Source: Thermoanaerobaculia bacterium
Lineage (GTDB): Bacteria; Acidobacteriota; Thermoanaerobaculia; UBA5066
NCBI GenBank assembly: GCA_963719225.1
Contig: CAVRAY010000001.1
Coordinates: 192,001-256,000 of the forward strand
Length of the DNA stretch: 64,000 bases
Direction: 5' to 3'
In this document: piece by piece, positions 49,092 through 57,152 of the stretch
How positions within the stretch are numbered: position 1 is the stretch's first letter
How the letters are laid out: each line of letters starts with the position of its first letter
Notes under the pieces: generated by a model
What the model was told of the DNA's origin: nothing
The model's input: the letters and a program-made list of their open reading frames with translations, nothing else
The model's database searches: none
Position numbers and translations under genes: made by a program

Positions 49092-49906
49092 GCGGGAACC
49101 GCCGTCCTTTCGAAGTCGCAAAGCACGTGGTCGCCGAGCAGCGCCAGCGGCCGCGCCGCCAGGCGGTCGAGGCGCTCGAGCGCGCCGAGGAGGCGCGGGA
49201 AGCGCGACGCGGCGGGCTCTGCCGAGCTCGGCGGCACGAAGATCCCGATGCCGAGCGTCCTCCGGAGGCGGAACCACGGCGCGAAGGAGGAGGCGAGCGT
49301 CCGCGGCGAGGGATAGGTCACGGTGAACGTTTCGCCTCCCACGCGCGCCGGCGCGGGGGAACCTACAAACCTCCGGAACGCCGCGCGCGCCCTGCCCCGC
49401 GCCAGGAGGACGAGGACCTCGCCGGGGCAGCTCGGGCCGAAGAGGACGAGAAGGGCGCGCCGTCCCGTGGGAAGGAGGCGCGCAAGGCCGCGGGCGACGG
49501 AACCATGGTCCGCCACGCAGTTCAAAGACGCGAAGTTCGAGAACGCGCCGTCGAAGATCGTGCCGCTGCGCGCAGCCGCCCACGTATCGAGCTCCTCGAG
49601 CGAAACGCGCTCCGACGTGACGCGTTCGCCGAGAGCCGCAGCGCGGGCTTTCTCCGCGGCGCGTCCCACCATCGCGGGCGCTCCATCCGTGACGAGAACG
49701 CGGCGTCCACGCTCGGCGAGGAAGATCGCGTCCTCGCCGGTGCCGCCTCCGAGCTCGATCAGCGTGGCGCCCACCGGAAAGGCCTCGAGAAGCGCGCCCC
49801 GCACCGCGCGACGCTGGGCCGCGACGCTCCTCCACCCCGAGAACCGCTCGTCGAACGAGGGAGCGAGGGCGTCGAAGGCGCGGACCGCCGGGGAGAGATG
49901 ATGCAT
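49088..49906 (-). CDS. Class I SAM-dependent methyltransferase (alternative GTG start at 49936)
   Basis: AFD.LA..FD, LIELGGGTGEDA, TD...M, FDGAFSNF. Confidence 0.85.
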   Translation of the reverse strand: MHHLSPAVRAFDALAPSFDERFSGWRSVAAQRRAVRGALLEAFPVGATLIELGGGTGEDAIFLAERGRRVLVTDGAPAMVGRAAEKARAAALGERVTSERVSLEELDTWAAARSGTIFDGAFSNFASLNCVADHGSVARGLARLLPTGRRALLVLFGPSCPGEVLVLLARGRARAAFRRFVGSPAPARVGGETFTVTYPSPRTLASSFAPWFRLRRTLGIGIFVPPSSAEPAASRFPRLLGALERLDRLAARPLALLGDHVLCDFERTAVPA

Positions 49907-49940
49907 CGGCTCTGAAGTGACGTCCCCGAAGCTCACGCGT

Positions 49941-51422
49941 TCATACGCGCATGAGATCGATGGGAGTCGGATCGGCGGGAGGGCGGGGCGGGGCGGCGCG
50001 GAATCCGGCTTCGATCGCGTCGAGCATGCTCCACCGCTCGTCCAGGGCCTTTGCGCCGTTCTGCCCCTCGTCACCCGGCGACGTGTAGGCGGTGACCTCC
50101 GCGTGCAGAAGGTCGCGAACGTGCCGGTAGAAAGACTCCTCGTACGTTCCCTTGAACATCATCGCGAGGTCGTCGCTGTCGCGCCAGTTCGAGCGCGGGC
50201 CGAGCTGTCCCTTGACCGTCTCGTAGAATTTCGTGCCGGGAAGCGGATACGACACCGAGACGCCGATGTCGTCCGGCCGCTCCTCGAGGACGAGCGCGCG
50301 CGTCGCGACGAGGTCCTCCCACGTCTCGCCCGGATAGCCGAGCTGGAGGAACCACGCGGGGCGGATTCCGTGGCTGCGGAGGAGGCGCGTCGCCGTGCGC
50401 ACCTGTTGGATACGCGTGCCCTTTTCCATCGCGTCGAGGATGTTCTGCGCGCCCGACTCGACGCCCATCCACACTTCCTCGGCCCCCGCGCGCGCGAGGG
50501 CGGCGACGGCCGAGGGCGTCATGAGGTCCACGCGCGACTGCATCATGAACGGCACGCGGACGCCTTCCTGCGCGAGGGCTTCGGCATACGACTCGATCCA
50601 CCGCGGCGTCAGGCCGAAGATATCGTCCGCGAACCAGAGGTGGTCGGGATGGACGTTCTCGGCGAGCAGGCGCACTTCACGGGCGACGTTCGCGGGGCTG
50701 CGCTGGGCGTAGCGGGTGCCGTAGAGCGGCTTCGCGCACCAGTTGCAGTGAAAGGGGCACCCGCGCGTCGTCACGACGTTCCACGAAAGGCGGCCATGGG
50801 CGTTTTTCCAGGCCGTGCGGTACGCGTCGGCGTCCGCGAGGTCCCAGGCGGGAAAGGGAAGCGCGTCGAGGTTCTCGACGAAGGGCCGGATTCGGGTTCT
50901 CTTCGGCGCGGTGTCGGCCGAGCTCCCGGGGAGCGCGAGTCCGGGGATGCCCTCGAGCACCGCCCTGGGATCGGCCGTCCACGCCTCCGCGAGCTCGGCG
51001 AACGTGACCTCCGGCTCGCCGAGGATCACGGCATCCGCTCCGGCGGCGAGGTAGGACGTCGCATGGTCCGTCGCGTCCGACCCGTTCACGGCGACCAGGC
51101 GCGAGCGCGCGTGGGCCGCGGCCACCATCGCCAGGGCCGCCTCGCGGTTTCGCGTCGTGCACATTTTCGTCAGGAAGTTGAAGTTGTCCTCGAGGATCCC
51201 GACGATCGAGGCGTCCGAAGTATCGAGGGCGCGCACGAACTCGGCCTCGCTTCCAGCGAGCATCGCGTCGAAGAGCTCGACGTCGAATCCGCGCTCGCGC
51301 AGAACCGAAGCGACGAGGAGAGTCGCGAGGGGCGGATACGGTTTCATCTTCCGCCACTGCTTCGCGTCGTTTGCGAGGTAGTAGGAGTGCGCGAGGAGAA
51401 CCTTCGGCCGGGCTCCGCACAT
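49941..51422 (-). CDS. B12-binding radical SAM enzyme (BchE/HpnP-like superfamily)
   Basis: PYPPLATL, GSDATD, ILGEPE, LPFPAWDL, RGCPFHCNWC, FADDIF, MGVESG, GYPGET, YPLPGT. Confidence 0.92.
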   Translation of the reverse strand: MCGARPKVLLAHSYYLANDAKQWRKMKPYPPLATLLVASVLRERGFDVELFDAMLAGSEAEFVRALDTSDASIVGILEDNFNFLTKMCTTRNREAALAMVAAAHARSRLVAVNGSDATDHATSYLAAGADAVILGEPEVTFAELAEAWTADPRAVLEGIPGLALPGSSADTAPKRTRIRPFVENLDALPFPAWDLADADAYRTAWKNAHGRLSWNVVTTRGCPFHCNWCAKPLYGTRYAQRSPANVAREVRLLAENVHPDHLWFADDIFGLTPRWIESYAEALAQEGVRVPFMMQSRVDLMTPSAVAALARAGAEEVWMGVESGAQNILDAMEKGTRIQQVRTATRLLRSHGIRPAWFLQLGYPGETWEDLVATRALVLEERPDDIGVSVSYPLPGTKFYETVKGQLGPRSNWRDSDDLAMMFKGTYEESFYRHVRDLLHAEVTAYTSPGDEGQNGAKALDERWSMLDAIEAGFRAAPPRPPADPTPIDLMRV

Positions 51423-51480
51423 CGCCCGCGAGCCTAATTCAGTCGTTTTGAAAAAAGTGTGACGTGGATTGCCAATTCGG

Positions 51481-52503
51481 TTACGTGACGAGACTTTTCA
51501 ACAAAGCGACGGCGCCCTCGAGGTCGGAGGCGCCGTCCAGCCGCATCCCGCCCGCGCCGGCCCAGGCGCGCGCGACGGCGCCGGATCCACCGTCGACGCT
51601 TTCCTGGGGAATCTCGCCTTTCGTGAACTCCTCGACGAACTCCGGACCCGCGAGCTGGACGAGACGCGCTGGTCCGGGAACGCGCGGTCCGAGGAGCAGC
51701 GTCGAAACGCGTCGGGCCGCGCGCGCTTCGGGACGCGAGGCCGCGAAGAGATCGATGCGGCGCTTCACCTCGCCGCCCGAGAACCCGGCCTCGGTGCCCG
51801 ACTGGAGGCCCAGAAGAGCCGCGCTGTCCTCGCGCAGCGTCAGCTCGCGGACCGAGGAGGCGAGCTCGTCCGGATCGGCGCGCGAGACGAGCACGCTCTC
51901 GTCTCCGAGCACGCCGAGCCCGGCGGCGTGCGCGGCGGCCACGAGCGTGGACTTTCCGGCGTCCGAGGCCCCGCGCACCACGACGGCGCCCTTCGGACCC
52001 GTGACGGCGCCCGCGTGCAGCGCGCGCCAGCCGCGGCGCGCGAGCAGGATCGCGGCGGGGGCCTCGAGGAGCGTGCGGGCGAGGAAAGAACGAAGAGAAG
52101 AAGAGGAAGATTTCTTAGAAAGGGGAAGATAAGAAAGAAGAGAAGCCGCGATGCGCGCGTCGACGCGCGCTCGCTCGAGATTGATCGTGACTTCCAGGGC
52201 GCCGGGGACCGCGCAGCGAAATTCCGACGCCTCGTGCACCCACTGCAGTCTTTCTTCGAGTGAAAGAATGGGGTCGGCGTCGCGGCGCGGCGAGCTGGGA
52301 GCCGCCACACCGCCCTTTTTCGCGCCTTCCAAGAAATCTTCGTCTTCGTCCCGCGTAACCTCGATCGCGATCGCCGCGCGCGCATGGCCCGTGGGCGCCG
52401 GCGCCCAGAGCTTCTCCGCCAGCTCGAAGAGGAGCGGCTCTTTCGACGTGAGCGCCACGACATCTCCGGGCGGCCCAAAGAGCCGTGTCGTTCCGTCCGC
52501 CAT
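51481..52503 (-). CDS. HprK-related P-loop kinase
   Basis: LHAGAV, GASDAGKSTL (Walker A), LGDES; contains low-complexity inserts. Confidence 0.75.
   Translation of the reverse strand: MADGTTRLFGPPGDVVALTSKEPLLFELAEKLWAPAPTGHARAAIAIEVTRDEDEDFLEGAKKGGVAAPSSPRRDADPILSLEERLQWVHEASEFRCAVPGALEVTINLERARVDARIAASLLSYLPLSKKSSSSSLRSFLARTLLEAPAAILLARRGWRALHAGAVTGPKGAVVVRGASDAGKSTLVAAAHAAGLGVLGDESVLVSRADPDELASSVRELTLREDSAALLGLQSGTEAGFSGGEVKRRIDLFAASRPEARAARRVSTLLLGPRVPGPARLVQLAGPEFVEEFTKGEIPQESVDGGSGAVARAWAGAGGMRLDGASDLEGAVALLKSLVT
52106..52126 (+). repeat. 21-nt motif GAAGATTTCTTAGAAAGGGGA (exact copy at 57053-57073)
   Basis: Direct sequence comparison; inverted related copy at 52325-52341. Confidence 0.8.
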
Positions 52504-52730
52504 GTGCCGCAGCTTGCCACGGAGAGCCCGACGACTCCGGAAGTCCGGCTCAGGGCGGCCATGGGCCGTTCTGCCGGGAAGGCGTAACCTTTCACGATTC
52601 CGTGCGTCATACCGGGATGCTCTCGGCCCCCGGCTGCGTGCGGGCCTTTTCGAGCGCCGTCCTGGCCCTGGAGTTGCTCGGGAGAGAAGGAACCGTGTGT
52701 CCTCGGTCAATTCGGCGTGGAGGTTCTCCG

Positions 52731-55700
52731 ATGAGTCAGCTTCGAGATCGTCGTTCCGGCGCTCGCGGGTGGAACCGCGGCCTCTCCCTGGTGCCGCTTC
52801 TCGTGCTCGCTCTCCTGGCCGGCGGTGCACGTGCCGGGGAGATCCGCGGGCGGCTTCTCGTCAACGATCGCGCGGACAGGCCCGCGGGCGGCCTCACGGT
52901 CAGCGCCGTTCCCTGGGAGACGCCGGGCGAAGAAGCGCGCCGCGCCATGAAAGGAGGCGACCCCCCGAAGCCGATCGCGTCGACCGTCACCGGAGCCGAC
53001 GGCTCCTTCGTCCTGGCCGTTCCCAGCGATCCCGCGGCTGAAAAGACGTTTCGCGTGAGAGTCGAGGGCCCGGGCGTCGTGCCCGTTCTCTTCGAGGACG
53101 TCTACGACGCGTCCGAGACCGGAGATCTCGGCGAGCACACGCTGCCGCACGGCGAGAAGCTCACGGGCATCGCGGTGGACACGTCCGGGAACCCGCTCGC
53201 GGGAGCGGAAGTCTCCCTCGAGGCGGGGGTTGCGGGCGGCGACGACCTCGCCTTCCGGGTCGTGACGCGGAAGGTCGTGACGAAAGAGGACGGGAGGTTC
53301 CAGTTCGAAGAAGCGAGCGCGCTGGGCAACCAGATCACGATCGAGAAGGCGGGCCTCGCGCCCGCGCTCCAGACCGGCCTCAAATCAGGCGCGATTCCGA
53401 GGCCCATCGCGGTCGTCGCGGGCGACCCGGTCACCGGCGTCGTCCTCGGCGCCGGCCGGAAACCCGTGGGAGGCGCCCTCGTGCGGCTGGAGAGCGTCAA
53501 GGCGATGACGCGCTGGGTCGAGACGGATCCCGAGGGACGCTTCACGATCCCGCACGCGCCCGACGGCCGCGGCGCGATCGTCGTGGACGCCGGCGACGGC
53601 GGCTGGGGACGCAAGCCCGACGTCAAGCTCCCTCTCGGCGAGGGCCGATCGCTCGTAATCACCCTCGCTCTGCCGGCCTCGCTCGACGGCAAGGTCGTCG
53701 ACGACAAGTCGGGGCGCATCGTGCCGCGCGCGAAGGTCCTGGCGAAGGCGAACGGCTTCGCGCGCCTCGTGCGCACGGGCCCGGACGGGACGTACCACCT
53801 GAAGGGCATCCCGCCGCAGACCTATCGCCTCACCGTCGACGAGCCACGATACGTGCCGTGGGCGAGGCCGGATCTCGCGCTCGCGCCCGGCGAGGCGAAG
53901 CGCCTCGACATCGCCGTGACGCTCGGAGCCTCGCTCGCCGGGAGGGTCGTGGACGAGAACGGCGCCCCCGTGGCGAGCGCGCGCGGAACCCTCATGCGCG
54001 GAGGCGAGAACGCCCTCCAGGGCATCCGCCGGATGATGCGCGCCGGAGGAGAGGTCACCGCCTTCCGCACGCGCTCCGACGGGACGTTCCGGGCCGCGCG
54101 CCTCGCCCCCGGCGACAACCAGCGCCTCTTCGTGAGCCATGCGGACTTCGAGCGCGCGACGCTCGCCGGACTGTCCCTGCCCTCCGGCGGCACGAAGGGC
54201 GACGTGGCCGTCGTGATGCGCCGGGGCGCCACGATCTCGGGCATCGTGAAGGACACGAGCGACCAGCCGGTCGCGGACGTCGAGGTGCAGGTCGATCCAT
54301 CCGTGAGCTTTCGCGCTGGAGCGGGCGGCATGGTCGCGAACTTCGCGCGCCTCGGCGGCCCGAGCACGCGCCCCAGGACGAAGACAACCGCCGACGGCAG
54401 GTTCCGGATCAAGGGCATGGCCGTGGGCGAGTACGCGCTCCAGATCAGCAAGCCGGGGTTCGCGAGCGAGCGCGTCGACCCCGTGAAGGTGACGGAGAAA
54501 GGCGCCGATCCCGTCGCGGTGACCCTCGGGCCGGGAGCGAGCATTTCGGGGATCGTGCGCCGGAAGAGCGGGGAAGGGGCCGAGGGCTTCTTCGTGCGCG
54601 TCGGCGCCGGCGGCCGCGGGGCGGCCGGTGGAGGCGGTCCGCTCGCCGGAACCGGCACGCCGCTCCCGACCGGCGCGGACGGAACGTTCGTCCTCGACGG
54701 CCTGAAACCGGGTCACGTTTACGACCTCTCCGTCTTCGGCGGGGCAGGCATCGGTCCGCAGAAGCGCGGCGTCGTGGCGCCGGCCTCGAACGTCGACATC
54801 CTGGTTTCCGGCACCGGGCGGATTTCAGGCACCGCGCTCGACGCGCGCTCAGGCCAGCCCCTCAAGAGCTTCTCGGTTTCCTTCGAGCCCGACCGCGGCG
54901 GCGGCACGGTCATCCGTCTCGTTGCCCGCGGCGCGGGTGCCCGTACCGGCATCGGCCAGAAGCGCAATTTCAACACCGACGATGGCGCGTTCACGCTCGA
55001 GGACGTGCCCGCTGGAACCTGGACGGTCGTCGTCGAGGCGAAGGGCTATCTCGAGGCGCGCGTCGCGAACCTCGTGGTCGAGGAGAGTGGCTCCAAGGAC
55101 GGCGTCGAGATTCGCGCGACCCCCGGAGTCGTCCTCAAGGGACGGGTCTCGGACGCGCGCACCGGCCGGCCCGTCGCGAACGCGAGCATCACGCACGAGC
55201 CGGCCGGGGGCGGCGGGCCGGGCGGCTTCGGAGGCCGTATGACCGTGCTCGCGGGGCTCGACGGCGGCGACGACATCACGAGCGACGCGGAAGGCAACTT
55301 CGAGATCGAGGGAATCTCCGTCGGGCGCCTCAAGGTCACCGCGAAGAGCCCGGACTACACGGACGGCAGCGAGGTGGCGGACGTCAAGGAGACCGGCGGC
55401 ACCGTCGAGATCAAGCTCACGACGGGCGGATCGGCGGGCGGCGTCGTCGTGGCCGGCAGCCAGCCGCTCGCGAACGCCCAGGTCTCCCTCGCGGTCGCGG
55501 GCGACGCGGGCTTCGGCCGCATCCTCGGGGGCGGGCAGACCACCACGACGGACGCGACGGGCCGCTTCCGGTTCGACCACCTCGGGGCCGGCCGCTACAG
55601 CGTCTCGGCGGGGACGAGCGGAAAGTCGAGCAACCTCTCGGAGTTCGTCCTGCAGGCGGGCGACTCGAAGAACGACCTCGTGCTGTCGCTCACCTCGGGC

Positions 55701-57014
55701 TCGACGATCCAGGGCACGGTGTCGGGACTTCCGGACGGATGGAGAACCGGCGCGACGGTGATGGCCAGCGGCGTCGAGTCGTTTTTCGAGACGACGAAGG
55801 TCGCCGCCGACGGCACCTTCCAGATCACGGGCGTGCCCGCGGGACCGGTCACGCTCCGCGCGCAGGCGGGCGACGGCCTCGGCACGTCGAGGAGCGCCAC
55901 GAAGCAGGTGACGGCGAGCGACGACGTGCCCGTTCTCCAGGCGGAGATCGTGTTCGACGTCGGCTTCACGCTGACGGGGCGCGTCATGCGAGCGGGGCAG
56001 CCCGCCGCGAACGCGATGGTCGTCGCGAACCTCCAGGGCGGCGGCGGCCGTCAGGCGACGACGCGCGCCGACGAGGGCGGCACCTACACGCTGCAGGGCC
56101 TGCAGGAGGGCTCGTACGTCGTCACGGCGATGGCGGATCCGCTCTCGGGCGGCGGCTCGCAGGTGAGGCAGACGATCTCGCTCACGAACGACCAGAACCT
56201 CGACCTGACGTTCCCGACGGCGAAGGTGGCGGGCACCGTGACGGACGCCGACACGAAGCAGCCGCTCGCCGACGCCACGGTCTCGATCGCCTCGACCTCG
56301 GCCGCGGGCAGCGTCCCGATGCAGAGGATGGCCACGACGGACAGCAACGGGCGCTTTCAGTTCATGGACGTCGTGCCGCAGGCCTACACGCTCAACGCGC
56401 AGAAGACCGACTACGAGTTCGACAAGCGCAGCCTCACGGCCGCCGACGACGGCAGCACCGAGAATCTCGCGATCGAGCTCGTGCACGGGCAGGGCATCGG
56501 CATCCAGGCGCGGGATGCGCTCTACGGCGTCCCGATGCGCAGCGTCTCGGTGCGCGTCCTCGACGGGAACAGGTCGGCCGTCTTCATGGGTACGATCTCT
56601 CTCGACACGAGCGGCGTCGGCGAGGTCCCGTCGCTCAAGCCGGGGACCTATTCGCTCTTCGTGAACGCGAGCGGTTACGCGACGGTCGTCCTCGCGAGCG
56701 TCTCGGCGCCGTCGCAGCAGCCCGTGCCGGTTTCCCTGACGCCCGGCGGCTCCGCCGACATCTCGGTCGGACCGAAGTCGTTCGTGAACGGCATCCTGCG
56801 CGGCACGCTCAAGACGGCGGCGGGCATCCCGTACCCCTACACGCTGTTCGCGGCGGACGGACGAATCGCGATCACCGCCGACGCGAGCGGCCACACGGGC
56901 TTTCGGCGCCTCACGAACCTGGCTCCGGGCAGCTACGTCCTCGCGCTCGACAACGGCGGCGGCACGACCTTCAACGTCGCCGAAGGCAGCATCACGCCGG
57001 TGCCGCTGCCATAA
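52731..57014 (+). CDS. Large exported protein of tandem carboxypeptidase-regulatory-like/prealbumin-fold beta-sandwich repeats
   Basis: Signal peptide; more than 10 repeats of G.V.D..G.P...A.V ... TD.DG.F...G...G.Y; SD GGAGG. Confidence 0.85.
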   Translation: MSQLRDRRSGARGWNRGLSLVPLLVLALLAGGARAGEIRGRLLVNDRADRPAGGLTVSAVPWETPGEEARRAMKGGDPPKPIASTVTGADGSFVLAVPSDPAAEKTFRVRVEGPGVVPVLFEDVYDASETGDLGEHTLPHGEKLTGIAVDTSGNPLAGAEVSLEAGVAGGDDLAFRVVTRKVVTKEDGRFQFEEASALGNQITIEKAGLAPALQTGLKSGAIPRPIAVVAGDPVTGVVLGAGRKPVGGALVRLESVKAMTRWVETDPEGRFTIPHAPDGRGAIVVDAGDGGWGRKPDVKLPLGEGRSLVITLALPASLDGKVVDDKSGRIVPRAKVLAKANGFARLVRTGPDGTYHLKGIPPQTYRLTVDEPRYVPWARPDLALAPGEAKRLDIAVTLGASLAGRVVDENGAPVASARGTLMRGGENALQGIRRMMRAGGEVTAFRTRSDGTFRAARLAPGDNQRLFVSHADFERATLAGLSLPSGGTKGDVAVVMRRGATISGIVKDTSDQPVADVEVQVDPSVSFRAGAGGMVANFARLGGPSTRPRTKTTADGRFRIKGMAVGEYALQISKPGFASERVDPVKVTEKGADPVAVTLGPGASISGIVRRKSGEGAEGFFVRVGAGGRGAAGGGGPLAGTGTPLPTGADGTFVLDGLKPGHVYDLSVFGGAGIGPQKRGVVAPASNVDILVSGTGRISGTALDARSGQPLKSFSVSFEPDRGGGTVIRLVARGAGARTGIGQKRNFNTDDGAFTLEDVPAGTWTVVVEAKGYLEARVANLVVEESGSKDGVEIRATPGVVLKGRVSDARTGRPVANASITHEPAGGGGPGGFGGRMTVLAGLDGGDDITSDAEGNFEIEGISVGRLKVTAKSPDYTDGSEVADVKETGGTVEIKLTTGGSAGGVVVAGSQPLANAQVSLAVAGDAGFGRILGGGQTTTTDATGRFRFDHLGAGRYSVSAGTSGKSSNLSEFVLQAGDSKNDLVLSLTSGSTIQGTVSGLPDGWRTGATVMASGVESFFETTKVAADGTFQITGVPAGPVTLRAQAGDGLGTSRSATKQVTASDDVPVLQAEIVFDVGFTLTGRVMRAGQPAANAMVVANLQGGGGRQATTRADEGGTYTLQGLQEGSYVVTAMADPLSGGGSQVRQTISLTNDQNLDLTFPTAKVAGTVTDADTKQPLADATVSIASTSAAGSVPMQRMATTDSNGRFQFMDVVPQAYTLNAQKTDYEFDKRSLTAADDGSTENLAIELVHGQGIGIQARDALYGVPMRSVSVRVLDGNRSAVFMGTISLDTSGVGEVPSLKPGTYSLFVNASGYATVVLASVSAPSQQPVPVSLTPGGSADISVGPKSFVNGILRGTLKTAAGIPYPYTLFAADGRIAITADASGHTGFRRLTNLAPGSYVLALDNGGGTTFNVAEGSITPVPLP

Positions 57015-57030
57015 GGAGACGAGAGAAAGA

Positions 57031-57108
57031 AAGATTCTTGGAAAGAGAATTAGAAGATTTCTTAGAAAGGGGATTTGGCCGATTCTTCCTTATTACCCTT
57101 CTAAGAAA
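57031..57108. repeat. AT-rich intergenic cluster of the dispersed motif forming an inverted repeat (possible terminator)
   Basis: Copies at 57031-57045 (+), 57053-57073 (+), 57096-57108 (-); TTTCTTAGAA..GGG pairs with CCC.TTCTAAGAAA. Confidence 0.7.
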
Positions 57109-57152
57109 GCGCCGAGACCCGCTGCTTCGAAGTCAGCTATTAAGATCAGCGC

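Noticed and set aside
46907-51422. Calling the radical SAM genes bchE or hpnP
   Set aside because: No bacteriochlorophyll or hopanoid genes nearby; the motifs support only the broad B12-radical SAM class.
57015-57150. Possible CRISPR array or leader in the AT-rich intergenic stretch
   Set aside because: No regularly spaced direct repeats with unique spacers, and no cas genes in the window.
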